IMG/VR virus record: IMGVR_UViG_3300023174_000037
DNA: 64,000 bases
Source: a virus
Lineage: Duplodnaviria > Caudoviricetes
Strand: one strand, 5' to 3'
Position numbers and translations under genes: made by a program. Each line of letters opens with the position of its first letter. Within the stretch, counting starts at the first letter, position 1. The notes below the pieces were generated by a model. That model was given only the letters and a program-made list of their open reading frames with translations, made no database searches and had not been told where the DNA came from. This document shows, in pieces, positions 8,285-17,365 of this stretch.

Positions 8285-8633
8285 GGATCTTGGCCGCTTC
8301 TTTGGCAGTCAACGGCTGTTCTTCAATTTCTGCACCCACTAACTGTTGCATGGCCACACTTGGAACTTTGAGTTTGACTACCTTAAAGGGATTTTCGTCA
8401 CGGACCTGCTTGACGTAAAATGCTTCAAGTTCTTTGGCACCGTTGGCATGATCCAAACGAAGTAATTCTTTAGCGGCCGCAGATTTATTGTAGACCGGAC
8501 TAATCTGGATCATAAAAACTTCTTCACCAAATGCACTTAATTGACGGACCCTGGCAATGCTAGTGGCAGTACGAAACTTCATGGTACCATCTGCTTGGCG
8601 GCTATAACCTGCAAAAACGATTGCGTCTTTCAT
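8238..8633 (-). CDS. Hypothetical protein, first gene after promoter cassette 2
   Basis: AAGGAG RBS; 131 aa. Confidence 0.65.
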   Translation of the reverse strand: MKDAIVFAGYSRQADGTMKFRTATSIARVRQLSAFGEEVFMIQISPVYNKSAAAKELLRLDHANGAKELEAFYVKQVRDENPFKVVKLKVPSVAMQQLVGAEIEEQPLTAKEAAKIRAEFNRKVKAAYEAN

Positions 8634-8662
8634 TTTGACTCCTTTTTGTTTACTATGATACT

Positions 8663-8691
8663 AGTATAACAAATCGGCTATTTTTGGTCAA
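8663..8691 (-). promoter_or_regulatory. Strong sigma70-type promoter, cassette copy 2
   Basis: TTGACC-17bp(AAAAATAGCCGATTTGT)-TATACT; TGTTGTTTTTAGACTACA box at 8739-8756. Confidence 0.8.
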
Positions 8692-8751
8692 CCGTTTGAT
8701 ACTTAAGAAAAAACCCTTGTATTACAAGGGTTTTAAGGTGTTGTTTTTAGA

Positions 8752-9954
8752 CTACAGACTATAAATTTCAGGGCAAATAGTTTGAAGTTTTACAGGCAAG
8801 TCTTTTTCATACCAATCGACATATTCTAAAAAATCTTCATAACGATCAATATTCAATGGTAAACTTGTTATTAAATCGTGCAATGATCGTTCAAGTTCGT
8901 TGGTAATATCAAACTGGCCTAGTATTTTCTCTCTTGTTGCCGCGGGCAACACATTCACAGCCAAGTAGTCCGGATCAGTCAACACTCCACAGTCTAATTG
9001 TAACTGATGCTGTTGACACCATTTGACCAATGCTGGTAATTTGATTGCAGTTGAGGCCTGTATAGTGTGACATACCGCCACAAGAATTCCTTGTTGTTGT
9101 GCCGCAAGTATGTTTTGTTCTATTTGTGCCCAGTCGCTACCGGTCCTGGCCCAGTCCTGCACAGCACCTACACCTTCTAGGCTAATAGAGAAACTGACTT
9201 GTTTATAACCACGTAATCGTTCCACTGCGGCAACAAGATTTTGACTGCCATTAGTAATAAAATTTAAACTGATACGAGCTTTGTTTTCTTCGGGCTGATC
9301 AACTAGTATGCTGAACATTTTTTTATCTAACAACGGCTCACCACCCAATAATTGCAGTTGCATTATTGGTTGAGTTAAAATGTCAGACAGGTGTTGGTAT
9401 GATCTTAGCGACTGGTGGGTTGCAACAATATCTTGCAAGTATTCGGGCTGTTTTTGCAGTTTAAGTTGAACAAATTTATTATCTTGATTGTTGTTCCAAG
9501 TTTCATAAATTTTAGAACTACTTGCAGGGTTGCACATAACACAACTAAAATTGCAAACATTAGATAATTTGACATCAGCCGCTGTGATTCTATATTGATC
9601 AAAGTCGGGTGCCCGTTTGATAAAATGTGGAATCCAAGTCTTCAACAAGTCAGCGCCTTGTGTATTGGTCACAGTATCTACATGACTTTGTCGTAAGCTA
9701 CGCACATTGTTTGCTTCTTTTTTCCAACAACGGCTGCACTCAGACAGTTGGTTACCCTGTGTTAACTCTTTACGCAGATAATTTAGATAGTCACTGGTCA
9801 TAAATTCATGCACAGTGCTGTCATTTAATGAATATTCTTTTTGGCCGGCAAATTCAGATTGTGTTGTGTCAATTTCACAACAACTGCGAAACTGGCCGTC
9901 CCAGTCTATGCGTATTCTAAACCAAGGAGCGGCGCAAAAAGTAGTTGGATTCAT
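8752..9954 (-). CDS. Radical SAM protein with N-terminal twitch/SPASM-like domain
   Basis: [30 protein letters not shown]. Confidence 0.85.
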   Translation of the reverse strand: MNPTTFCAAPWFRIRIDWDGQFRSCCEIDTTQSEFAGQKEYSLNDSTVHEFMTSDYLNYLRKELTQGNQLSECSRCWKKEANNVRSLRQSHVDTVTNTQGADLLKTWIPHFIKRAPDFDQYRITAADVKLSNVCNFSCVMCNPASSSKIYETWNNNQDNKFVQLKLQKQPEYLQDIVATHQSLRSYQHLSDILTQPIMQLQLLGGEPLLDKKMFSILVDQPEENKARISLNFITNGSQNLVAAVERLRGYKQVSFSISLEGVGAVQDWARTGSDWAQIEQNILAAQQQGILVAVCHTIQASTAIKLPALVKWCQQHQLQLDCGVLTDPDYLAVNVLPAATREKILGQFDITNELERSLHDLITSLPLNIDRYEDFLEYVDWYEKDLPVKLQTICPEIYSL

Positions 9955-10541
9955 CGATTAGTAATTATTTTATCTGCAAGTCCATAGGACACTGCTTCCT
10001 CTGCTGACATAAAGTTATCACGTTCCATATCTGCTGTCAACTCGTCGAAGGTTTTGCCAGCAGTATTGTGCTTGACATAAATCTCTGTTAGGTATTTCTT
10101 CATTTTTAAAATCTCTTGTGCTTGAATCTGAATGTCTGTTGCTTGTCCTCTAGCGCCGCCGGATGGTTGATGAATCATATGACGTGCATTAGGCAAAATT
10201 AAACGTTTACCAGCGGCACCAGCTTGTGCCAGGCATGATCCCATGCTGCAAGCCTGTCCCATTACTACGGTTGAAACATCTGGTTTAATAAACTGCATTG
10301 TATCGTAGATTGCCATACCTGCTGTAACACTACCGCCTGGGCTATTGATGTAGAACAAGATATCTTTGTCAGGATCTTCTGACTCTAAAAACAACATCTG
10401 CGCCACAATTAAACTGGCCGTGTGTTCGTTCACATCTGTATCCAGCATGACAATTCTATCACGCAGGAGTCTACTGTATATATCGTAACTGCGTTCTCCA
10501 TTAGCGGTTTTTTCTACTACAATCGGCACTAAATTTGACAT
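9951..10541 (-). CDS. clpP: ATP-dependent Clp protease proteolytic subunit
   Basis: [29 protein letters not shown] (Ser), MIHQP (His), ERDNFM (Asp). Confidence 0.97.
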   Translation of the reverse strand: MSNLVPIVVEKTANGERSYDIYSRLLRDRIVMLDTDVNEHTASLIVAQMLFLESEDPDKDILFYINSPGGSVTAGMAIYDTMQFIKPDVSTVVMGQACSMGSCLAQAGAAGKRLILPNARHMIHQPSGGARGQATDIQIQAQEILKMKKYLTEIYVKHNTAGKTFDELTADMERDNFMSAEEAVSYGLADKIITNR

Positions 10542-10592
10542 GGGTTCTCCTGGTTATTGGATAAGTATAACATATATTTTAAAGAAAAGCAA

Positions 10593-12161
10593 ATGCGTGA
10601 TATTCTAAATCTACTTGATTCATTGGCAGAAAGCCGCGGTCTTAGCGGCCGTAAACCCGGTGCCATATACAAACGCGGCGACACTCCAGACGATCAAATC
10701 GTCTTCCAAAACCTAACATTTTATCCCAAAGTTGGACAATATGCCACCAAAGAGGAAACCGAAGCAGCCTTTGCTGAGGTTCAAAAACAACTAGGGCATC
10801 CAATTGAGAAGGTCAATGAACCTAGCAATAGCAATCGAGCATTTGCTATAGCCACCTTTGATACCACTGTTGGCACACGTTATTTGGCCAAGTTTGCCAG
10901 AGATATCAAACCGGTGCATGACGCAAATAAATTTTTCCAGACTGACGATATACCAGGTGGATTTAGTCAAGCAGATGCTCGCGGTAGCAAAGAAAATGTA
11001 GGCTATAAACCCAGCCAGGTATTGAAGAATTTCAAGAGTCAAACCCCAGCTACCATCATGGCACAGATACAAGAAAAGTTTGGTGCTGACTCAGACGAAT
11101 ATCGTGCCGCAGAAATTATAACCACTACTCCAAGTTTTCCAGTGAGTGTTCCGGCTGGTAATATGGACTTTGCTGGCTTCCGTGATTATTTCTGCGAAAT
11201 GCTACAGCCCATTGTGTTAATCAATGGACAACCGGTGGGCGGTAATGCTGCTGAAGCTGCACAAAAATTCTTAGATGGCACCTTTGGTGATTGCGTTGTA
11301 AGTTTCAATGAAAACACCAGCGGCACATTGTATGATAGTTTACTGATCAACCCAACAGGCAAACAGATCAAATTGAGTAGTAAAGGTGGTGTCGGTGCTA
11401 TGGCCAGTAGTGTAAACTTGATGCGTAGTGTGCAAGAACTTGAAGCTGCGGGCATGACCCAGTTTCGCGAAAATTATGCCGAACCCATTGCTGTGTTGGA
11501 AGTCATTGACAAAGGCAACCACGATAGTGGTCCGCTAGAGTTGGCAGTTGGCTTGGGTATTATTAGTCCAGACGAAATTGCACAAGTCATGAGTTTAAAA
11601 TCAATGGCTGGTGATCCAAACTTTGACATTGATAAAACCAAATTAAGCAAAAATCTCAAACAGATCTACAAGGATCGAAGCGCAGAAAATCCTAGTAAAA
11701 TTGTTCCACTGAATCATTTGGTCAGCAGTATTGCCTACAAGGTCTGTAACGAAATTAATATGAACACCAACTTCTCAGAAGCGGCCGCTGACATATTGAA
11801 TCACTCGGCCTTTGTGCAGATGTATACCGAAGCCAAGAAAAGCAAGGATCAGTTTATAATTGAAGGATTCAATACTGTATGGCCTAGCAAACTGTTTACC
11901 CAGGTTACATTAGAAGCACAGAAAAGTTATAGTTCTACATCCAGTTCTGGCGGTAAGTTGGTGTTTAACATTAATAAAACTCCCAAAGAAATACTCAATG
12001 TGGAAAAAGCGTCCACTACAGATGCTCCGGGCTCAAGTCAGGCAGGTGAATTGGTGGATTATATTCCGCCCGAGTCTGGATTGAAAGCCAGTGTTGGTGG
12101 AATTGATCGAGATGAAAAGTTAGGCACCGAAAAAGCCTTGGGACGTAAACGTCAACGTTAA
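10593..12161 (+). CDS. Large hypothetical protein, possible PD-(D/E)xK-fold internal virion protein
   Basis: Start MRDILNLLDSLAES; central E..N...LYDSLL.......LSSKG resembles a restriction-like active site. Confidence 0.45.
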   Translation: MRDILNLLDSLAESRGLSGRKPGAIYKRGDTPDDQIVFQNLTFYPKVGQYATKEETEAAFAEVQKQLGHPIEKVNEPSNSNRAFAIATFDTTVGTRYLAKFARDIKPVHDANKFFQTDDIPGGFSQADARGSKENVGYKPSQVLKNFKSQTPATIMAQIQEKFGADSDEYRAAEIITTTPSFPVSVPAGNMDFAGFRDYFCEMLQPIVLINGQPVGGNAAEAAQKFLDGTFGDCVVSFNENTSGTLYDSLLINPTGKQIKLSSKGGVGAMASSVNLMRSVQELEAAGMTQFRENYAEPIAVLEVIDKGNHDSGPLELAVGLGIISPDEIAQVMSLKSMAGDPNFDIDKTKLSKNLKQIYKDRSAENPSKIVPLNHLVSSIAYKVCNEINMNTNFSEAAADILNHSAFVQMYTEAKKSKDQFIIEGFNTVWPSKLFTQVTLEAQKSYSSTSSSGGKLVFNINKTPKEILNVEKASTTDAPGSSQAGELVDYIPPESGLKASVGGIDRDEKLGTEKALGRKRQR

Positions 12162-12886
12162 TAGGTCAAATGTGTTGTGGTCTTAAACGGACGTCCGATT
12201 GCGGCGTATTCCAATTGTTTAAAAATCTTCTGCCTCATTTGACGAACTTTTTTGTGATCATGATTCCAATCAAACGCAGATAAAAATTCATACCAACTAG
12301 AATGCTTATGGCGTTTGGACCTCATGCTGTTTAGGTATTTCTTTATTTCCGGTGTGTCGTTACCAAACCGATCCAACATGTCACAGGCTATGTTAAAACT
12401 GAACGCACCCATTTCATCTTTGTGTCCGTAATATTCTTGGTTGACTCGTTGTTTATGATAGTATGCTGTGCTTTCATACCCGGGAATAGTTTTAAAATTA
12501 CGGCTGCGATACTGACGCATGTGAATTATTTCGTGCAGTATAGTATCAGCAAATAATGTGCAAAGTCTAACCCAACGATACTCAGTCATTTTAATTTCTT
12601 TAGTGTTGGGATGATAACTTAACACTATCTCAATAAAATTTTTATGTTTTTTCTTGTCTAAATCACTGTAATACGTGCCGCCTACATAAATTGCCGTGGG
12701 CTTGTGTTTTTTATTATTCTGAGCTTTGACCACTCGAACTGGCAGATGAGTTTTAATGTATGAACTTATGTGTTTTTGTAACACATTCACTGGCAATTTT
12801 TTGCCAACAATATCACGTCCGGCTGTATACAGCATACTATACAGGTTGTTGCGATCTAGTTGACTCCAGTTAAAACTCTCACGCAT
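12158..12886 (-). CDS. Zincin-like metallopeptidase domain protein
   Basis: TILHEIIHMRQ (HExxH) with downstream DEMGA Glu. Confidence 0.55.
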   Translation of the reverse strand: MRESFNWSQLDRNNLYSMLYTAGRDIVGKKLPVNVLQKHISSYIKTHLPVRVVKAQNNKKHKPTAIYVGGTYYSDLDKKKHKNFIEIVLSYHPNTKEIKMTEYRWVRLCTLFADTILHEIIHMRQYRSRNFKTIPGYESTAYYHKQRVNQEYYGHKDEMGAFSFNIACDMLDRFGNDTPEIKKYLNSMRSKRHKHSSWYEFLSAFDWNHDHKKVRQMRQKIFKQLEYAAIGRPFKTTTHLTY

Positions 12887-12939
12887 TTGAATCTCCGATT
12901 GTGTAAAGTATTTATCGGTTTTTTAGCATAATTATCAAG

Positions 12940-12963
12940 AAAAAGCCCGGTTTAACCGGGCTT
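12940..12963. terminator. Intrinsic terminator after phasin-like gene
   Basis: AAAAAGCCCGG-TTTAA-CCGGGCTT. Confidence 0.75.
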
Positions 12964-12988
12964 GAAAATCTGTTAAGGATTTGTTATA

Positions 12989-13228
12989 TTACTTGGCTGA
13001 TTTAGCAGTTGCGGCGTTGGCAAAATACTTAGAGTAATCAATACTCTTAGCAGCTTCAATGACTTGCTTAGAAATCTCTAAATTTGTATCGTATGCAGTT
13101 TTAGTAAAGTCTACATAAGCGTCTACTAGTGTTTCTAAGTTTGCGCGAATTGCTTTGTCTTCAACGTATGTCAAAGGTGTCTTGGTTGCTGTTGCTACTT
13201 GGTCTACTACGGATTTGAAATTAAACAT
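12989..13228 (-). CDS. Phasin-like amphipathic helical protein (tentative)
   Basis: 79 aa, all-alpha, Ala/Thr/Lys-rich, no Cys/Trp, AK-rich tail; strong AAGGAG RBS; upstream PhaR-type box. Confidence 0.4.
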   Translation of the reverse strand: MFNFKSVVDQVATATKTPLTYVEDKAIRANLETLVDAYVDFTKTAYDTNLEISKQVIEAAKSIDYSKYFANAATAKSAK

Positions 13229-13235
13229 GGTAAAT

Positions 13236-13284
13236 CTCCTTAAATTAAGCGAGGGTTTGCGTCGGCCCGACCGTCGGCACCGAC
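13236..13284 (-). promoter_or_regulatory. Structured 5' leader with ROSE-like UCGCU/AGGAG pairing
   Basis: GUCGG-UGCCGACGGUCGGG-CCGAC hairpin, then UCGCU-UAAUUUA-AGGAG; same design as the hsp20 leader. Confidence 0.6.
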
Positions 13285-13312
13285 TTCTTTTCTCTACTGT
13301 ATTTATCTATTA

Positions 13313-13330
13313 TATATTGCAGTGCAACAT
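13313..13330. promoter_or_regulatory. PhaR-type palindromic operator candidate
   Basis: Minus strand ATGTTGCACTGCAATATA (TGC-N3-GCA core) abutting TATAAT (13314-13309). Confidence 0.45.
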
Positions 13331-13353
13331 TTTCCTAGTCTTTTTGGCTAGTT

Positions 13354-14058
13354 TTATGTTCTTAATTTTGCCAAACTCACAGAACGTAAAATACAGATAT
13401 ACATCCAACCTATATCAAATTCCCACCAAGTTTTGGAGAGGCGAGCACTGGCCGGTGCAAGGTGGTGGTTGTTGTGCAACTCTTCGCCACCAATCACAAT
13501 GCCCCAAGGACTAATATTCCTACTGTGATCTTTAGTTTTGCCATTTCTATATCCTATCCAATGAGCAACACCGTTAATAACGCCTGCGGCCCAGAACGGA
13601 ATCCATAGCATTTGTATGCCCCAGACCAATAATCCCCACCAACCAAATATCAGGGTGTTGAGCACAAGGAGAAGGCCAATGCCAAGTCTACTGTAAGGCT
13701 GGTATACGTGAAGCTCCATCCAATCAGCAGGAGTACCAACACCGTATGTATCAACCATAGTTTTATCTTTTGATGCCGCATGATATAACAATGCTCCTTT
13801 AAACAATACACGCCAGATTCCATAAACATGTGGCGTGTGCGGATCACCTTCTACATCACTAAATCTATGATGTTTTCGGTGTATAGCTACCCATTGTTTG
13901 GTAACCATACCAGTTGTTAACCACAGCCAAAAGCGCATAAAATGTGCAATTACAGGGTTAAATTCTACCGCTCGGTGTGCTTGGCTGCGGTGTAAATAAA
14001 GGGTAACACAGGCTATAGTAATGTGAGTCATTACTAGGGTTGCAATAATTGTTGACAT
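13354..14058 (-). CDS. Fatty acid (acyl-lipid/acyl-CoA delta-9-type) desaturase
   Basis: His boxes HRSQAH, HRKHH, HNNHH; GEELHNNHH and WEFDIGW motifs. Confidence 0.92.
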   Translation of the reverse strand: MSTIIATLVMTHITIACVTLYLHRSQAHRAVEFNPVIAHFMRFWLWLTTGMVTKQWVAIHRKHHRFSDVEGDPHTPHVYGIWRVLFKGALLYHAASKDKTMVDTYGVGTPADWMELHVYQPYSRLGIGLLLVLNTLIFGWWGLLVWGIQMLWIPFWAAGVINGVAHWIGYRNGKTKDHSRNISPWGIVIGGEELHNNHHLAPASARLSKTWWEFDIGWMYICILRSVSLAKLRT

Positions 14059-14096
14059 TAATTACTTATCCTAGTATAGGTCAATAAATATTCAAT

Positions 14097-14603
14097 ATGA
14101 CCTATATAACAGCACCAGATGCAACTTCTGAAAATATCTTTTTTGACATAATACTTGACGCAACCTATTGGGATCAACCACCCAAATTAGAAGTATTGGT
14201 TGACAACGAATCGGTTGGAACATACACAATAGATCAACCAGAATTTCATATTCGTTTTCGACGAGTTATGTCTTTTGACCAGCCACACACACTGGAATTG
14301 CGGCGCACTGGAAAAACACAGAATCAAACACAAATGTTAGATGATGGCACGTTTAAAACACAAATGTTGCATATACAAACTGTTAAACTTGACAATATAG
14401 ATTTAAGAAATCTAATATGGCATAATAGTAAATTTGAGCCCGAATATCCAGAGCCGTGGGCCAGAGAACAACGAAGTCAAGGAATTGAATTAGAACAGCA
14501 AGTCCTTGGAGAAATGTATCTTGGACACAATGGCACTTGGAGATTTATGTTTACTTCTCCAATATACAAATTTCTAGTTGCATGGGCAAAGGGGACTGTA
14601 TGA
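14097..14603 (+). CDS. Hypothetical protein
   Basis: 168 aa, ATGA-coupled to the next gene. Confidence 0.65.
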   Translation: MTYITAPDATSENIFFDIILDATYWDQPPKLEVLVDNESVGTYTIDQPEFHIRFRRVMSFDQPHTLELRRTGKTQNQTQMLDDGTFKTQMLHIQTVKLDNIDLRNLIWHNSKFEPEYPEPWAREQRSQGIELEQQVLGEMYLGHNGTWRFMFTSPIYKFLVAWAKGTV

Positions 14604-15436
14604 GTTGGGACCGCAATAAACTTACCACTACATTTATACCGTTAGCTGATGATTATTTAAAAAGAATAAGAACCGAATGGTTTGAAAAAGCTCATCCGGT
14701 GGTTACCAATCAACAACTAATACCCTTGCTCAACGAGTGGTTTCAATCAACTCGAGTCAATGATCTGCAAGGTTGGGCAAGTTTGCCATGTATAGACATA
14801 ACCATGGGCAACACTCACTACATTGAATCATTTGTAATACGTCACGGCTGGGATGGTTTTCAAGTTCTCACTGACGAATACGCTTATTATTCATTCAATG
14901 GTAAATGGGGAGTAGAAGTTGGCAACTTAGAACCCAACAAACCTTTGATTATAACACTTCCACACTATAAGTGGGCCGGAGTAAGACCCACATGGCCAGA
15001 AATTCTTCGTGAATGTGAACAAAAAAATATTGATATACACATAGACATGGCCTGGTGCACCTTATCTAAAAATGTAGCAATTGATTTTAGTCATCCTAAT
15101 ATTCAAAGTGTTGGCATGAGTATTAGCAAATATTCGATGCAGTGGAATCGTATAGGGCTTAGGTATAGCAAACAACGCACTATGGACAGTATTACTATGT
15201 TTAATCATTACTATCAACCCGATACCAACTCATCATTGAGTTCATGTGGTGCTTATGCCATTGATAGAATTCCTAGAGATTACGGTTGGACAACTTATGC
15301 TGATTCACATGCAGATATTTGCAAATCGTTAGATCTTATTGCAACAGATCTAATTCACGTGGTCAAAACAAAGCCCAACGGAACCGCAATGGGTATTACA
15401 AATTTATTAAGAGATGTTTTTCCAGAGAGCAAATAA
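14600..15436 (+). CDS. PLP-dependent fold-type-I enzyme-like protein (start corrected to 14600)
   Basis: IHIDMAW (PLP Asp) and MSISKY...RIGLR (Schiff-base Lys and Arg). Confidence 0.55.
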   Translation: MSWDRNKLTTTFIPLADDYLKRIRTEWFEKAHPVVTNQQLIPLLNEWFQSTRVNDLQGWASLPCIDITMGNTHYIESFVIRHGWDGFQVLTDEYAYYSFNGKWGVEVGNLEPNKPLIITLPHYKWAGVRPTWPEILRECEQKNIDIHIDMAWCTLSKNVAIDFSHPNIQSVGMSISKYSMQWNRIGLRYSKQRTMDSITMFNHYYQPDTNSSLSSCGAYAIDRIPRDYGWTTYADSHADICKSLDLIATDLIHVVKTKPNGTAMGITNLLRDVFPESK

Positions 15437-16012
15437 CGAATAACGTATTTGATTTTCTGGCACCATGTATGCCAATCGATGAGTTGGCCGGGTGATACGT
15501 TGATCTACAAAATATCCAGTATTGGACACAAAGGGTGCTGTAATTGATCCTGAATCAATTTTGAATTCTGTTCCAGGAGTGTCCTGGGATCCAAAAAGAT
15601 ATATCTGCATGGTTAAATGTATAGCAGGATTATCAGTGTGCCAATCTAAATCATAACCGCCTTGATCACGCCACAATGTAATGCCATCAAACACAATGGG
15701 TCTTGTTGGATCTAACTCTTGTAACACCGGTGTGAGTAAATGACACACTTCATGCATTTCTTCAACCACTGATTCAGGATCCCAAGCCAGTTTGTGTCTT
15801 GGTCTGTTATCCAATGGTTGACCATATGCTGTTGTTTCAGAATTCCACAAATCACTGTGATAATGTGCGTCAACGTACTCTTTTAACTTTGACAGCATTG
15901 GCTGATCAAATGCATCTTGTATAAATCTTAGTTGTGGGGTAATTTGACGGCTATTTTTAAATGCCGTTGATAATGTGCCTGCGTTATGATTTATAAGATC
16001 TTGATCAATCAT
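15407..16012 (-). CDS. 2OG-Fe(II) oxygenase
   Basis: WHTD (HxD), PTHRL (His), IRYSL (Arg-x-Ser). Confidence 0.75.
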   Translation of the reverse strand: MIDQDLINHNAGTLSTAFKNSRQITPQLRFIQDAFDQPMLSKLKEYVDAHYHSDLWNSETTAYGQPLDNRPRHKLAWDPESVVEEMHEVCHLLTPVLQELDPTRPIVFDGITLWRDQGGYDLDWHTDNPAIHLTMQIYLFGSQDTPGTEFKIDSGSITAPFVSNTGYFVDQRITRPTHRLAYMVPENQIRYSLFALWKNIS

Positions 16013-16051
16013 GATAAAATTACTTATCAGGATTTTTTTAACAGGTACTAA

Positions 16052-16159
16052 TTATTTGTATAATGCTTTAGCTTCTTCAATGCGACCTTGTCGGGTTAAA
16101 AACGTTGCATATCTTGCTTCGCCAAATGCTTCTAAAAATTTCCAGATAGATTTTATCAT
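16052..16159 (-). CDS. Small protein, 35 aa (not in track)
   Basis: MIKSIWKFLEAFGEARYATFLTRQGRIEEAKALYK*, ATGA-coupled to the upstream small ORF. Confidence 0.55.
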   Translation of the reverse strand: MIKSIWKFLEAFGEARYATFLTRQGRIEEAKALYK

Positions 16160-16329
16160 AGTCCACGGCTCCAATATTGTGTATTTGCTGTTTCATACTC
16201 ACGTTGCCAAAAGTCCACTTCTGCAGAGTTGGTTGGGTTTTTGCTGTTGATATACTGTTCTAACCGACTTTGATATTTCTGCGTTGGAAACATTTCTGCC
16301 AACCGTTCTAATACTCGTTCTAATAACAT
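16156..16329 (-). CDS. Small protein, 57 aa, DUF3563-like (tentative; not in track)
   Basis: GGAG RBS, MLLERVLERLAEMFPTQKYQSRLEQYINSKNPTNSAEVDFWQREYE... Confidence 0.5.
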   Translation of the reverse strand: MLLERVLERLAEMFPTQKYQSRLEQYINSKNPTNSAEVDFWQREYETANTQYWSRGL

Positions 16330-16382
16330 TTTGTGTTTTTCTCCATATTTTTGTAAAAACTCATGGTTTCTACTGAGATATT

Positions 16383-16400
16383 TATGCTGTGGCGCAACAT
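16383..16400. promoter_or_regulatory. Second PhaR-type box overlapping a late-type promoter
   Basis: Minus strand ATGTTGCGCCACAGCATA overlapping ATAAATA (16385-16379). Confidence 0.4.
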
Positions 16401-16489
16401 ATAATATTAAAGTTTTATGACGTTAAACCCTGTTCACTAATTTGAAATCTAATGGTTTATAAACTAAATATTTCACAAGGAGATTTATT

Positions 16490-16672
16490 ATGCTATCGTT
16501 TCTTAAAAAGTTTTTTGGTGCCAAACCCACAGTTTCACCTTGCCCTGAAGTACCCTACAAGGTTGAAACACCTGCCCCGGTGGCAGAAACAGCACCTGCG
16601 GTTAAAAAAGTAGCCAAAAAACCTGCGGTCAAAACAACTACCACTCGCAAACCAAGAACTCCCAAGGCTTAG
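16490..16672 (+). CDS. Small Lys/Pro/Ala-rich (histone H1-like tail) protein
   Basis: AAGGAG RBS; PAVKKVAKKPAVKTTTTRKPRTPKA C-terminus. Confidence 0.6.
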   Translation: MLSFLKKFFGAKPTVSPCPEVPYKVETPAPVAETAPAVKKVAKKPAVKTTTTRKPRTPKA

Positions 16673-16986
16673 TGCTGTAAGAAGTATCGTATCAATCCGA
16701 TACCATCAATTACAACCAGGAACACAGAGTTGGCCATTAGGCCAAAACTTCGTCGAGTCCAACAAGCCCAGGCACTGGCACAGCACCCAGCAATAAAAAT
16801 CGTATATAGTGGCACCACAGGAATAGTAGGCACCGTGGCTGCAAATATCACAGCACTTACTACACTACAGGCCCAGGCAAATACTTCTGCACAAAAACGC
16901 ACACGATTACTTTTCCAGTCGTGTTTAATATAATTCCACAGATTGCCTGCGCCTACAAAAATAAAATCCATTACATCCATCTCCAT
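16669..16986 (-). CDS. Small multi-pass membrane protein
   Basis: Three to four hydrophobic segments. Confidence 0.6.
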   Translation of the reverse strand: MEMDVMDFIFVGAGNLWNYIKHDWKSNRVRFCAEVFAWACSVVSAVIFAATVPTIPVVPLYTIFIAGCCASAWACWTRRSFGLMANSVFLVVIDGIGLIRYFLQH

Positions 16987-17131
16987 AAAAACATTTCGTA
17001 GTCGGGCTTGTTGTAAAAATATATGGTTTTATCTTTTACAAACCAACGTCTTGCACCAAGTGGGCCATATGTGTCAACTACCCATGCCAATACAGAAGTA
17101 GAAACTCGATGTAGTTCAACTCCGTAATAAT

Positions 17132-17365
17132 CTACTGATGTGTCCATTTTAATTTAAACAAAATAGCATCTTTAGGATCTTCAAATCTAAAAGCAAATCC
17201 TTCAGTCTGATGCCATCCATGCACATGATATCTGCTGGGACTACTATGTAGATTGCACCAACTGTATATTTCATTTACATGTGGACTATCATCTTCCAGT
17301 AACCAATCCCAACTGACTACACATTCGTGCCATTCAGGCGGCGGCCAAAGTTTTAACTGTATCAT
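17132..17365 (-). CDS. Hypothetical protein
   Basis: Ends FAFRFEDPKDAILFKLKW, a motif common in small large-phage ORFs. Confidence 0.55.
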   Translation of the reverse strand: MIQLKLWPPPEWHECVVSWDWLLEDDSPHVNEIYSWCNLHSSPSRYHVHGWHQTEGFAFRFEDPKDAILFKLKWTHQ

